Shown here: one piece after another, positions 28,504 through 38,197 of the stretch
Position numbering within the stretch: the stretch's first letter is position 1
Layout: each line of letters opens with the position of its first letter
IMG/VR virus record: IMGVR_UViG_3300037845_000036
Span: 33,059 to 97,058 of that record
Strand: one strand, 5' to 3'
Length of the DNA: 64,000 nt
DNA from: a virus
Notes under the pieces: model-generated
Databases searched by the model: none
What the model was told of the DNA's origin: nothing
Seen by the model: only the letters and a program-made list of their open reading frames with translations
Program-made: the position numbers and the translations under genes

Positions 28504-29001
28504 TCAATAATCTGCGCAAGAGATCACGGCATTTACAACGGTTGACGACGTTAGGTTGGTCGCAAAGGTCATCTGCACTGTGTCGCCACTGATCAGCCGC
28601 AGAAATGGATTGCCATCACTATTGAGCGGCAACCCAACCCAGATTGTCGGCGCGAACAAATTCATTGGCGGGACACCATTGGCAAAGCCCGCGCTTGCCA
28701 CGGTCGTAACTGCTGTTCCACCATATTTGACAGTGCTATTCACGATCTGCACTGTAATGAGATGCGTCGCGCTCCCGTCATTGGTTGTCAGCCACAAAGC
28801 GCTACAATCGGAGCCATTTGACCCCGCCGCATAGAGAGTCTTATACGTGCCCGCGCTATCGGTACCCTGAAGAAATTGGACAACGCCCCGATTAGGCGTC
28901 TGCGGCGTAACCGGACTGTTTGGTGTGACCGCAGCGCTCGCCGGTAATGCCAGTAGCGACAAAAACGCAAGACATAACAAGAAACGACGGAACATTATCA
29001 A
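28504..29001 (-). CDS. Small beta-sandwich structural protein with Sec signal peptide
   Basis: [26 protein letters not shown]; TYKTLY; C-terminal ADY. Confidence 0.65.
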   Translation of the reverse strand: MIMFRRFLLCLAFLSLLALPASAAVTPNSPVTPQTPNRGVVQFLQGTDSAGTYKTLYAAGSNGSDCSALWLTTNDGSATHLITVQIVNSTVKYGGTAVTTVASAGFANGVPPMNLFAPTIWVGLPLNSDGNPFLRLISGDTVQMTFATNLTSSTVVNAVISCADY

Positions 29002-32000
29002 ATCCCTCCATAAACAGCGTGCGTGATCGTTGCTGTTGCAGCCTGTATCGCCTTAACTGCCAATGTATTAATTGTTGTAAAGGTTGCCGCACCCGGCACC
29101 GCCCCGCCAATAGTGCCTGGCGATGCAAAGGTAGCTCCGTTCAAGCTCGATGCATTTAGGTTCGCAACGTTTGTTGTACTGCTTACCGTAAATGGCGCTG
29201 TCCCCGTCGAAACAGTAGAGGTAAACGTTACGCAATTCAGGCTTGTTGTATTAGTTGGCAACACGCACGCTGGCGTACCACCAGAATTCAATAAGGTAAG
29301 ATCGTTTACGCTGCCCTTGCCTATAAGAGTGAGACCGCCCGTTGTAGATGTTAAGTAAATATCACCTTCGCCATTCGCAGCTAAGGTCGGGGCGCTCGCC
29401 TCGCCACCAATCCCGAGCGTGCCTGCCCCTTGCGTCGGCAAGGTCGTTCCCGTAACCGCCTCATAACCTGTTACGGTAACGCTAGTCGAAGCCGTCAACC
29501 CGGAAATCGTTGGGTTTGTCCCGCCTACAGGTGAACCCGATCCCGTAGCGTTTCCCCCCAGCAACGTAGCAACGCCTGTACCCAACCCACTCACGCCAGT
29601 AGAAATCGGCAGACCTGTCGCATTAGTTAACGTGCCAGATGCCGGCGTACCCAACGCAGGAGTCGTCAAGGTCAAATTCGTTGCCGCAAGCCCGCTCGGC
29701 AGCGTAGTTGAAATAGAAGGCACTCCAGAAGCCGATGTCACCAGCACACCGCTGTTCGCGGTAGCCAAATTCCCCAAGACACCCGCATTATCGTAAAGTA
29801 ATCCTTTTGTCGTTCCGCTTGAAATCGTAGTTGTGCCAACGGCGATGCTTGATGCAGCGGCACCAACTGCCGTGATAACGCCGCCAGATGCGGTAATCGT
29901 CACGTTATCGACTTCAACCACACCGAACGCACTCGCAGATCCTTTTGCGACCGTAATCGCACCAGCGGTGTCCGTAATGATCGTCCCATCAGGCTTCACA
30001 CAACCAATCTGTGATGAGGTTGCCGTCGTGCAAGCGATAGTCCCAGCGGTTATTGTAAGCGTTGAACCGTCGCCCTGCAGGATGCCCTCGGCCACACTCG
30101 TGCCAACGGGCAGCCCGACGTAATTCCCGGCTGTAACCGACCCTGAAACATTCAGAGATGTGCCCGTTGCCGCGCCTAGAACTGGCGTAACAAATGTCGG
30201 CGTTGTAGTGCCCGCTGGCCCACCTGACCCAGACGCAGTACCGCTCAATAATGTCGCGACCCCCGTGCCGAGACCGCTAACACCCGTTGAAATCGGCAAC
30301 CCCGTAACATTGGTCATTGTTCCCGACGCGGGGGTACCCAAAACGGGTGCGGTCATCGTCGGTGCCGTAAGGGTCTTATTTGTTAATGTCTGAGTAGCCG
30401 CCAGCGTAACGACCGTCCCCGTAGTGCTAGGGAACGTCATTGTTGTTCCATCGGTCCCAGCCAATGTCAATGAATTGCTGAATGTTAGCGTTTTCCCGGC
30501 ACTGCCCGTTAATGTATAGGTTCCTGTCGTAAATGCATTTCCGTTTATGCTTGTCGCTGTTGCCACTCCTAAAGATGGCGAAGTCAGCACCATATTACTC
30601 GCAGAAAGACCACTTGGAAGCGCAGTAGAAAACGATGGAACACCACTTCCGTTGGCGCTTAAAACACCATTATTCGTAGTAACGATATTGCCTAATGTCC
30701 CCGCATTGTCATAAAGAATCGCGTTACTAGTTCCACTAGTAACCGTCGTCGAACCAACCGCGATGCTCGTGAGTGCCGACCCTACGGCGGTAATCACACC
30801 CCCCGAAGCCGTAATGGTGGTCCCGTCCACCTCCACAACCCCAAACGTACTAGACGAGCCTACTGGCAATCCGACATAGGTTGACCCCGTAAGCGTCGTA
30901 AATGTGCCCGCAGCCGCGACCGTTTGCCCAATCGCTGGCGGAGAAGCGAATAGATTAAGAATGCCATTTCCGCTCACCGTTCCTGAAGCTGCCAGCGTCG
31001 TAAACGATCCGGTCGATGGCGTTGTGCTGCCCACAGCGGGCGGCGACGCGAACAATGCCGTGAACCCCGCACCACTAACCGTTGAAGATGCCGATAGAGT
31101 CGTAAATGCACCCGTCGATGCCGCAGAACTTCCAATCGGACCAGGCGAAGCAAAACGCGCTGTAAAGCCGCTACCACTCACGGTGCTCGACGCGGCAAGG
31201 GTTGTAAAAGCCCCGGTAGAGGGTGCCGTTCCGCCAATCGCAGGAGGCGAACCAAACAACGCAGTGAATCCCGCACCACTCACCGTTGATGATGCCGACA
31301 ATGTGGTAAAAGCACCCGTTGACGGTGTAATCGCCCCCACGGTCCCGTCAAACGACCCCGTAGCCGCCACTAGCGCGGGGCCGTTCGCCAAAACGACACT
31401 CCCGCTGCCCGTTGGCGTGACCTGTCCTAACAGCCCCCCCGTCGCTTGGCTGATAATATAACCATCCGTCCCGCCGCTAATCGTCGTCGTTCCCACCGCC
31501 AGCGCTGTTGCCGCCGCAGTCACCGTGCAGCTAGACCCCAGCGTGCATGTTTGCCCATTTACAGTCGTCGCTGGATTTTGCAGATCCGTGTTAGTGACCA
31601 GCCCAGGCGCAGAAAATGACGAACCCAGAGTCAATCCCGCAAAAGTCGGACTATTCGCGACACCCAACCCCAAATTGTTTAAGGCAGCCGGCAACACGGC
31701 ATTTGAAGCCGTGACATTCATCTGCCCGCCAGGGACAGCATTCGCCAGAACAAATGCTGTCGTCGCCAATTGTGTTGTATTGGTCCCCAAGGGCGCGGTC
31801 GGAGCGGTCGGGGTACCTAAAAATGCGGGGCTGGTCTGAAATGCAAATGCCCCAGTCCCCGTGGCTGTCGCGATGAGATGATATGTCACCCCACCGCGCA
31901 CGAGCGGCAACAAGTCGCCCGCACCCAATTGCCCCGCGTTAGGGGCGTTCATTATAAATTTAGCCCAATAGTCGCTCGTAACCTGCGCAGACCCCTCGCC

Positions 32001-32051
32001 CGCACAGCACGCCAACATCACAAAACTGAGAACTGCCCCCCAGCGCCGCAC
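28998..32051 (-). CDS. Long tail fibre with Sec signal peptide and Ser/Thr-rich repeats
   Basis: [56 protein letters not shown] fibre motifs; signal [22 protein letters not shown]. Confidence 0.8.
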   Translation of the reverse strand: MRRWGAVLSFVMLACCAGEGSAQVTSDYWAKFIMNAPNAGQLGAGDLLPLVRGGVTYHLIATATGTGAFAFQTSPAFLGTPTAPTAPLGTNTTQLATTAFVLANAVPGGQMNVTASNAVLPAALNNLGLGVANSPTFAGLTLGSSFSAPGLVTNTDLQNPATTVNGQTCTLGSSCTVTAAATALAVGTTTISGGTDGYIISQATGGLLGQVTPTGSGSVVLANGPALVAATGSFDGTVGAITPSTGAFTTLSASSTVSGAGFTALFGSPPAIGGTAPSTGAFTTLAASSTVSGSGFTARFASPGPIGSSAASTGAFTTLSASSTVSGAGFTALFASPPAVGSTTPSTGSFTTLAASGTVSGNGILNLFASPPAIGQTVAAAGTFTTLTGSTYVGLPVGSSSTFGVVEVDGTTITASGGVITAVGSALTSIAVGSTTVTSGTSNAILYDNAGTLGNIVTTNNGVLSANGSGVPSFSTALPSGLSASNMVLTSPSLGVATATSINGNAFTTGTYTLTGSAGKTLTFSNSLTLAGTDGTTMTFPSTTGTVVTLAATQTLTNKTLTAPTMTAPVLGTPASGTMTNVTGLPISTGVSGLGTGVATLLSGTASGSGGPAGTTTPTFVTPVLGAATGTSLNVSGSVTAGNYVGLPVGTSVAEGILQGDGSTLTITAGTIACTTATSSQIGCVKPDGTIITDTAGAITVAKGSASAFGVVEVDNVTITASGGVITAVGAAASSIAVGTTTISSGTTKGLLYDNAGVLGNLATANSGVLVTSASGVPSISTTLPSGLAATNLTLTTPALGTPASGTLTNATGLPISTGVSGLGTGVATLLGGNATGSGSPVGGTNPTISGLTASTSVTVTGYEAVTGTTLPTQGAGTLGIGGEASAPTLAANGEGDIYLTSTTGGLTLIGKGSVNDLTLLNSGGTPACVLPTNTTSLNCVTFTSTVSTGTAPFTVSSTTNVANLNASSLNGATFASPGTIGGAVPGAATFTTINTLAVKAIQAATATITHAVYGGI
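30890..31340 (-). repeat. About 105-bp (35-aa) coding repeats [30 protein letters not shown], 4-5 copies
   Basis: Visible in the translation of 28998..32051. Confidence 0.8.
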
Positions 32052-32167
32052 AGATCGCGTCTTTCTCGATCCGGCATAACCGGCACGCGCTGCCGATTAG
32101 ACAACCAATAGCGCCCACTCCGCTGGGAGCTAACCTCATATAGCGCAAAAGCCCCGTCCTGTCAGTA

Positions 32168-32650
32168 TCACGGCTCCGATTCTATGTCGCTCGGCAATGG
32201 TGGCAATGGCGGCGTCACATATACTGGAGTCGGCGGCGCTGGCATCGGCGATCCGTCCGCCAATAACGGATATCCCGCATCGTCCAACAGCACGTTCCCC
32301 TGATCGTCCAACAAATATATCGGCTCTAACGCAGGACCAATTGCCTGTACTGGCCACGGTAGGGGAGGGAGAGGGTTGGTGCCGTTGTTCGCTGCTTCAA
32401 AATTCTGCAACCTCGGGTTGGTGCGCGGAACCGGGTCTGGAGGCAGGATGATCGCCTTGTTTAGAAGGAAGGGCACGTCGAGGCACTTCGGGCATACCCT
32501 TAGATATGTGTTGAGAAGCCGCTGCCCGCGCCACTCAAATTGCCACCGTAGGTTGTCCAAATTATTCCAAAACCCGCAACGGTCGCATACGCCGAACGCG
32601 GAGGGCGACCTTCTACTTACCTTTGCGCGGCCGTAATACCGCCAACTCAT
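32168..32650 (-). CDS. Zn-finger virion-associated protein
   Basis: GVCDRCGF...VCPKCLD..PPDPVP; C-terminal YLLDDQGNVLLDDAGYPL. Confidence 0.7.
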   Translation of the reverse strand: MSWRYYGRAKVSRRSPSAFGVCDRCGFWNNLDNLRWQFEWRGQRLLNTYLRVCPKCLDVPFLLNKAIILPPDPVPRTNPRLQNFEAANNGTNPLPPLPWPVQAIGPALEPIYLLDDQGNVLLDDAGYPLLADGSPMPAPPTPVYVTPPLPPLPSDIESEP

Positions 32651-32654
32651 AACG

Positions 32655-33191
32655 TTATACTCCTGCCCACGCGTTGCCCGTCTTTATGCGGGATATAACA
32701 CTTGGGTTCACTCCAAACACCCTCGCAATCTCAGATTGCTTCTTAGTTTTAAGTAAGACTCGAATTTCACTAACGTCTTCCTTGGAGAGTTTAGCCATAC
32801 CATGCTGTTCATGCCTCGCTTGCATGCCGTGCGCGACACGATCTTCGCCATTTTCTTTTGATGTTCCCCAACACAAGTTACTCAAAGTTGCATTGAGCCG
32901 ATCGCCATTCTTGTGGCGACATTCCCATCCGAACGGGGCAGGCCCCACGAATGCCTCTAACACAAGTCTATGTACGAGCACTCTTTCACCAACATTATCT
33001 CGCCAAAGCGCGCAACTTCGATAGCCACTTACTAGTGCATTTGTAGAAATGTCACGTGCCGCAAATCGTCTACTATATCCATTCACAAAAATAATAGTTC
33101 TAGCCAGTGCGCGAACGCGCCCGCAATTACTTACTTCATAATATCCTTCATAATCCCGTATAGGAAGCCATATCTCAGCATCTTGTTCCAT
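32655..33191 (-). CDS. NUMOD4-HNH homing endonuclease
   Basis: EIWLPIRDYEGYYEVSNCGRVR; VHRLVLEAF; CRHKNGDRLNATLSNLCW; C-terminal HTH. Confidence 0.9.
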   Translation of the reverse strand: MEQDAEIWLPIRDYEGYYEVSNCGRVRALARTIIFVNGYSRRFAARDISTNALVSGYRSCALWRDNVGERVLVHRLVLEAFVGPAPFGWECRHKNGDRLNATLSNLCWGTSKENGEDRVAHGMQARHEQHGMAKLSKEDVSEIRVLLKTKKQSEIARVFGVNPSVISRIKTGNAWAGV

Positions 33192-33200
33192 TGGCCCACC

Positions 33201-33620
33201 TCACGAGCCAACTATTAATTGCCAAATCCCTTCCCCATCTTGATAAGCCCCTTCTAGCACCAAATCACAAAGATCATGGCACACGATCCCATGGACACCA
33301 TCCGTTTCACTCCGATTCATCAAAAGACCGTGAGGTTCCGGCGAGACCGTTCGCGACTGCTCTTCTTCCTCATATATTGCCGCATAGCCATCTGCGACGG
33401 CTTCTGCGAATGCACGCCTACTAAATCCACCGACCCGCTCAAACGAGCGGTTACAGGGATTACGTAGAGGATAATCAAACCGAATAGTTATTTCACTACG
33501 TTCGTCCAATATATTTTCATCTGCGGCTTCGCACCCCTCGCTATCCTTGCCAATTTCTGGATCGGTCGTATAGTCGTAGCGACTTTCAATATGATATGCG
33601 AAAGAGATGTGATTCATCAT
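33201..33620 (-). CDS. Hypothetical accessory (moron-like) protein
   Basis: GGAGG RBS; own promoter and leader; IYEEEE..GIVCHDLCDLVLEG. Confidence 0.6.
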   Translation of the reverse strand: MMNHISFAYHIESRYDYTTDPEIGKDSEGCEAADENILDERSEITIRFDYPLRNPCNRSFERVGGFSRRAFAEAVADGYAAIYEEEEQSRTVSPEPHGLLMNRSETDGVHGIVCHDLCDLVLEGAYQDGEGIWQLIVGS

Positions 33621-33624
33621 TGAT

Positions 33625-33783
33625 AAGTCCTCCCCGTCCCGGCCGATCAAGCCCGAGACGGCGCAGGGGGTCACTAATTAAAGCGACACCGGGACGAGGA
33701 AGATCTCGCTGAAGGAGTCGCCGTCGTCTGCGTTGATCGCCGCAGCCGCACGTACAATCGTATACTATAATCTTGCTGTCAAG
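33625..33783 (-). promoter_or_regulatory. Sigma70-like promoter and structured, RBS-occluding leader
   Basis: TTGACA-17-GATTGT; TCCTCGTCCCGG pairs with CCGGGACGGGGA overlapping the RBS. Confidence 0.5.
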
Positions 33784-33786
33784 GTG

Positions 33787-34998
33787 TTATCTAAAATACG
33801 AAGTTAACCCAGGGCTGAGCATTAATGGAACGCGCTCAATGTCCTCTGTTAATGCATCTTGCAATAATTCTTTGTATTCGGTAGTTAAATCGGCGACGGT
33901 CACTCCAGAACTTGGCGGTTGAGGGAATTTTCGAGCTAAATTCTTAGCGAGACCTGCGGCGAATACTGCAAGCCACCTGTACGGGATATCAACCCCGACC
34001 CCACCCTCAACAACCGTGTCGGCCTGTTGGCTCATGATAAAAATGTGGAACACGTAGGGGCCGTAATCGTCGGGCGCGTTCCAAAAATTGACGGTGGGAG
34101 CGACAGTCCGTGAAAACCAGAACGTCGTCGGGAAGAACTGATAATTCGGCCCCTTGTCGGGCTGGCTCACATAATCAGTGCGCGATATTGGATATAGAAT
34201 CCGGTCATATGGATCGATACCGGGGAGTTGCGTCTGTGTTTGCGCTAGGCCGCCGTTCATCGTTGCGGTACCGCCCAATGAAGCGCCAGAGCCGATGCTC
34301 ACCGTGAAATTGTTCTGATCGATGACGCTAGCGACAGGCAGGTTGCCCGATAGCTGCAGCCCGCCAACGGTGACGGGCACGTTACAATAGAAATTTAGAC
34401 CAAGCGCGAGGCCATGGTTCGGCAGATTGATCGCAACGGTGTTGGCACCAGCCGTTGCCGTGAAGATCGGCAGCGCGACGGAGTTGGTGCCATCCATCGG
34501 CTGGGCGACGGTGATGTGATAATTGTTCTGGTCCACCACGTCGGTAACGAGATAGACGCCTTGGATGACTTGGCCAGACGCGGCGATGGCGGTCGCGAAG
34601 AACGTCATGCTGCCAGCGGCTAGGCTATGCAGCGGTTGGGTTATCTGCGCCAGCGTCGAGCCAGCGATACCTGTGATTATCGGCGTAAAGTTCTGCGGAT
34701 TACCCGCATAATACTGGCGGATAAAACCATCAAGAGGGGCAATAACATTAGATGGCAGCGTATAAGAGGAAACACCTGGAGTTAAGGGAATAAGTAATTC
34801 CGCAACCTTCCACAGAAGGGGAACCCCGACATTACTTAGCTCAGATTGGAGAAGGCCAGCGCTGATCCGCGCTTGAAAGAAATGGTCCGCCGTTAATGAC
34901 GCTGGACGTATCTGTATTCTTGCAAATGCATCAAGTATCAGTTCGCCAAGCGACGGATTGAAATTTGTCGTGCCTGACGTTGCGACAAGCGCGGTCAT
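33787..34998 (-). CDS. Head-closure/adaptor protein with inserted beta-sandwich domains
   Basis: TSGTTNF..LILDAF, ISRTDY...PTTFWF, DIPYRWL..AGLA..LA; inserts of the ITQPLHSL / INLPNHGL type. Confidence 0.7.
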   Translation of the reverse strand: MTALVATSGTTNFNPSLGELILDAFARIQIRPASLTADHFFQARISAGLLQSELSNVGVPLLWKVAELLIPLTPGVSSYTLPSNVIAPLDGFIRQYYAGNPQNFTPIITGIAGSTLAQITQPLHSLAAGSMTFFATAIAASGQVIQGVYLVTDVVDQNNYHITVAQPMDGTNSVALPIFTATAGANTVAINLPNHGLALGLNFYCNVPVTVGGLQLSGNLPVASVIDQNNFTVSIGSGASLGGTATMNGGLAQTQTQLPGIDPYDRILYPISRTDYVSQPDKGPNYQFFPTTFWFSRTVAPTVNFWNAPDDYGPYVFHIFIMSQQADTVVEGGVGVDIPYRWLAVFAAGLAKNLARKFPQPPSSGVTVADLTTEYKELLQDALTEDIERVPLMLSPGLTSYFR

Positions 34999-34999
34999 G

Positions 35000-35665
35000 C
35001 TATCTGGATTCCGCTATCCCGCCCTCGATCGCGGTAATCGTCACTGAGCCGCTACCAGACAGGATCACCGCGCGCCACGCAGCGATTGGGTTATCGATAG
35101 CGGCATCGGCATTACCGATCTGCGCCGTCAGCGCGGCAAGTGTCCACGGAGTTGGTGCAATTGGATCATTACCAAGTACCTGACTACCGATGACATTTGA
35201 ATTATTATTTGGATTATTATAGGTATATTCAATTCCCCAAGAAATTGTGCCACTCACTACGCCACTAATACTTATCTCAGACACCGCTTGATTTTGCGCA
35301 TTAGTTAGTTTCCACGGCGAGGAGGCAACGGTATCTGTGCCAACGGTCGCCGCCGCTGTCCACCCTCCACCTAACGGTAGAATTGAGGTAAGCGTGGCGA
35401 AATCTTGTACCGTGGCGGCGGTGGCACCGCCTCCCGATGGTATGGCAAGCGTTTCTTGGATAGGATTGCCATCGGCATTGGTCCCCGCGATAACAATCGT
35501 TCGAGCCGAAGCTTCATTGCCGAACGTGACCAAGATCCGGCGCGGAACATCAGGCTCAGTCCCCGTCAGCGTCAATTTAGTCCCGGAGACAGGCGTTGTA
35601 CTCGTCACGAAAACGTTTGCCGAGGCCGCTGCTAATGGTCCCAATGTGAAGCTAATGGGTATCAC
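35000..35665 (-). CDS. Structural protein related to 38798..39757
   Basis: PRRILVT..IAGTNADGNPIQETL resembles ARAVSI..VRGFDLYNYPMTETI. Confidence 0.6.
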   Translation of the reverse strand: MIPISFTLGPLAAASANVFVTSTTPVSGTKLTLTGTEPDVPRRILVTFGNEASARTIVIAGTNADGNPIQETLAIPSGGGATAATVQDFATLTSILPLGGGWTAAATVGTDTVASSPWKLTNAQNQAVSEISISGVVSGTISWGIEYTYNNPNNNSNVIGSQVLGNDPIAPTPWTLAALTAQIGNADAAIDNPIAAWRAVILSGSGSVTITAIEGGIAESR

Positions 35666-35668
35666 GGG

Positions 35669-36031
35669 TTAACCTTTCCCCAGACCCTTCACATTCTTCG
35701 CAAACTGCGCCATGTGGCGGACGTGCTCATTACCCGACCCAAGCGCCTTAGAAAGTTTGCCGGAAGGGATCGACTCGCCCTCTGGCACATGAAGCGCCCT
35801 ATGCAAGCCTCCTTTGTTCTCATCTACGCCAGTCTTCTGAATCCATTTATTGACACCGCCTCGCGCCCGTCGTCCCGCACGATCGTGTCGATACCGCCCC
35901 TTGCCATCCTCAGCGGCGACGTGCTTTTTCTTTTTGACCTTGCCGCCTTCAGCATAATGCGGGGCAGGGCCGCCCCCCGGATTCGGTGGTGCAGGTACCT
36001 CGAAATCGGGTTCGTGCCCACGAGTCCGCAT
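35669..36031 (-). CDS. Basic internal protein with xGG motifs
   Basis: YAEGGKV, RARGGV, KWIQ..GGLHRALHVPEGESIP. Confidence 0.65.
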   Translation of the reverse strand: MRTRGHEPDFEVPAPPNPGGGPAPHYAEGGKVKKKKHVAAEDGKGRYRHDRAGRRARGGVNKWIQKTGVDENKGGLHRALHVPEGESIPSGKLSKALGSGNEHVRHMAQFAKNVKGLGKG

Positions 36032-36054
36032 CGGCCCTACTCCGCATTATTTGT

Positions 36055-36399
36055 TTAGACAGACACAGGCCCTGGCGGGCGTGTTTCTGGCGCTGGCGTC
36101 GGAGTCGGCGTCGGGGTTGGCGTGGGTGCCGGCGCCGCTGGCTTCCCGGTAACGGCAGGATTTACCGTCATTGGTGCGACCAGCGGCGGATCTGCGGCCT
36201 CGCGCAGTACTAGCCGAGCGCCGAGCGGGATATGGATGATTGTCGTTTGACCATCGCCAATCGCGACATCGGCATCCGTGCTAGGTTCATGCGTAAAGGT
36301 GCCATCGGGTTTGCGCGAGATCACCATCGCCTTCAGCGAACGCCCGCTGAGCATCGGGTTGGTGATGATGAGCGACATCGGAACGGGTGCGTCAGCCAT
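36055..36399 (-). CDS. Hypothetical protein with PT-repeat tail
   Basis: AGGAG RBS; PTPTPTPTP. Confidence 0.6.
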   Translation of the reverse strand: MADAPVPMSLIITNPMLSGRSLKAMVISRKPDGTFTHEPSTDADVAIGDGQTTIIHIPLGARLVLREAADPPLVAPMTVNPAVTGKPAAPAPTPTPTPTPTPAPETRPPGPVSV

Positions 36400-36428
36400 T
36401 GCTAGAACTCCTTGCTAACCGGGGGACA

Positions 36429-36914
36429 TCAGGTATCTGCCAACTCATCAGCGTCCGCGCTATGCGCAGTACCCTGTCGTGCGCGGGCCGCACTCGATAG
36501 CGGAGTCATATCCGCTCCCACACCGCCGCCGCGCTTGCGACCAGGGCGATCGAGGCGCCGATGTTTGGTCTTGTGACCCTCCATCTCGACATGCTTCATC
36601 GCCATGCCGCCTTCCTTGCGCTCTTTGACATGGCCGCCACGGGCGCGACGAACCTTGCCACCCTTCGCGCGCATCTTGCCTTCCGCCTCTTCTTCTTCTT
36701 CGTTCGGCTTGGCGGTATAGGACTCCATACCCTTGATTGAGTCTTCCTTCACTTCGCCTCCTTTCTCATAGTGATGATGATGAACCTCATCATGATCACC
36801 GTGATGGGCGACGTGGTGCTTGCCGTCGTGATGGCTGACAGACCCACCTTCCGCGCGCATAGCGTGGTGGCCCATGTGTGCCTCAGTCGGACGATAATGA
36901 TGGCCGCGTGCCAT
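36429..36914 (-). CDS. His/Arg-rich internal protein with six xGG motifs
   Basis: RAEGGSV, YEKGGEV, RAKGGKV, RARGGHV, RKEGGMA, RKRGGGV; AAGGAG RBS. Confidence 0.7.
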   Translation of the reverse strand: MARGHHYRPTEAHMGHHAMRAEGGSVSHHDGKHHVAHHGDHDEVHHHHYEKGGEVKEDSIKGMESYTAKPNEEEEEAEGKMRAKGGKVRRARGGHVKERKEGGMAMKHVEMEGHKTKHRRLDRPGRKRGGGVGADMTPLSSAARARQGTAHSADADELADT

Positions 36915-37032
36915 GGTTTCGCTCCTTCCTTCGCCCCGCAGGGCTATTCGGCGATCCGCGCCGCCGGTCTCGCGATTGAAACGCCGCGAGCGGCTGGGAC
37001 CCGTCCCCGAAGGGGCGAGCTTCGTAGCGAGC

Positions 37033-37257
37033 CTACTTGTTGCTCGCTTTCTCCGCCAACATCCCCGCTATCGAAGCTTGGATATCACGGAAATGGTAAT
37101 CAAAAGGAAATATTGCCACCGTTTTGTTCACTGCCTCAATAATCGCTTCACGCGAATGCTGATGTCCGTCCACCACACTAGCCAGCATAAACTCGGCTCG
37201 CATATCCGATATGGCAAACGCCATCCCGCACCCGAACCACGTTCCCCACCAGCACAC
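37033..37257 (-). CDS. Small TM-anchored helical protein overlapping the ligase end (possible split C-terminal part)
   Basis: VCWWGTWFGCGMAFAISDMRAE...AIFPFDYHFR; start uncertain. Confidence 0.45.
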   Translation of the reverse strand: MCWWGTWFGCGMAFAISDMRAEFMLASVVDGHQHSREAIIEAVNKTVAIFPFDYHFRDIQASIAGMLAEKASNK

Positions 37258-38197
37258 CAGCCAAAAAGGCTGTCGCCGGAAGATGTAGCGGGAACGCTGT
37301 AAGGTATTGCGCCCCAATACAAACCAGCGCTGCCTTGACGGGGATCGTGTCTGCCCAACGAGCGGCCAATCCGAAGAGGGCCACAAGGGGCAGCGCGCCG
37401 ATACCCATCTCATAGAGCGACTGAAGGAAGTCACTATGCGCCCGCTCCCAGCTAGGATACGTCGTCACGAAACTCCCTATCCCGTGCCCAAATATAGTAA
37501 TCCCCGCAGCGGTTGTATACCAGATATCAAAACGCGCCGCAGCCGATGCGCCCTTACTCGCCCATAGCGTCGCGAAGCCAGCCGCCATTACCAGCGCGCC
37601 AACACCCCAGAAGGCAATTTCACGCCGGCTCACCAGCAGTCCTAGACCAGCGCTCAGCAACGCCACACGAGAACCGCAAAACGCTAGCGGGATGCTCAGC
37701 GCAATTACGAGCGGCAAAGCTTCCACATAAAACGCATAGACAAACAGCACAGCCGCAATTTCCGCAAGGAAGTCACCATTGAAGAACAACCCCGCCGGTC
37801 CAGCAAACTCCGCGACCGGATGCCACCCCAAGAGTTGCCCGATCGCAAAGGCGCTCGATACCGCGACACCCCACCCCATCGCGCGCAGAACCGAATCAAG
37901 ATCCTCGATATTCGCGCCCAACAACACCGCGCCCGCGAACAGCACGAGCCAGCAAAAGTCATTCATTCCCGATAGCTGAACAGGCGTCCACAGCAGCGAC
38001 AGCGCGGCATACGCCACCATCGCCGCGACTAAAATCTGTGCTGTTCGGGAAAGTCTGCGCGGGTCCAACCAAGACGCCAGCGGCATACCCGCCGCCATCA
38101 GACTCCAGCGCGGAGCCGTCGCAGACGACAAGATGTTTGGCCAGAACGCTGTTGCTACACCAAATCCTAGGAGCGCCGGTCTGTTAAGACTGATCAC
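37178..38197 (-). CDS. O-antigen ligase (Wzy_C) / PglL-like oligosaccharyltransferase
   Basis: Polytopic; GLFFNGDFLA, GSRVALL, SAAARFDIW, FGHGIGSF, RAHSDFLQSLYEMG, FPLH; likely GTG start at 38197 (GTGA overlap). Confidence 0.85.
   Translation of the reverse strand: MISLNRPALLGFGVATAFWPNILSSATAPRWSLMAAGMPLASWLDPRRLSRTAQILVAAMVAYAALSLLWTPVQLSGMNDFCWLVLFAGAVLLGANIEDLDSVLRAMGWGVAVSSAFAIGQLLGWHPVAEFAGPAGLFFNGDFLAEIAAVLFVYAFYVEALPLVIALSIPLAFCGSRVALLSAGLGLLVSRREIAFWGVGALVMAAGFATLWASKGASAAARFDIWYTTAAGITIFGHGIGSFVTTYPSWERAHSDFLQSLYEMGIGALPLVALFGLAARWADTIPVKAALVCIGAQYLTAFPLHLPATAFLAGVLVGNVVRVRDGVCHIGYASRVYAG

Noticed and set aside
23136-32051. Diversity-generating retroelement or invertible fibre shufflon
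   Set aside because: No reverse transcriptase, invertase or TR/VR pair seen; all fibre genes are co-oriented
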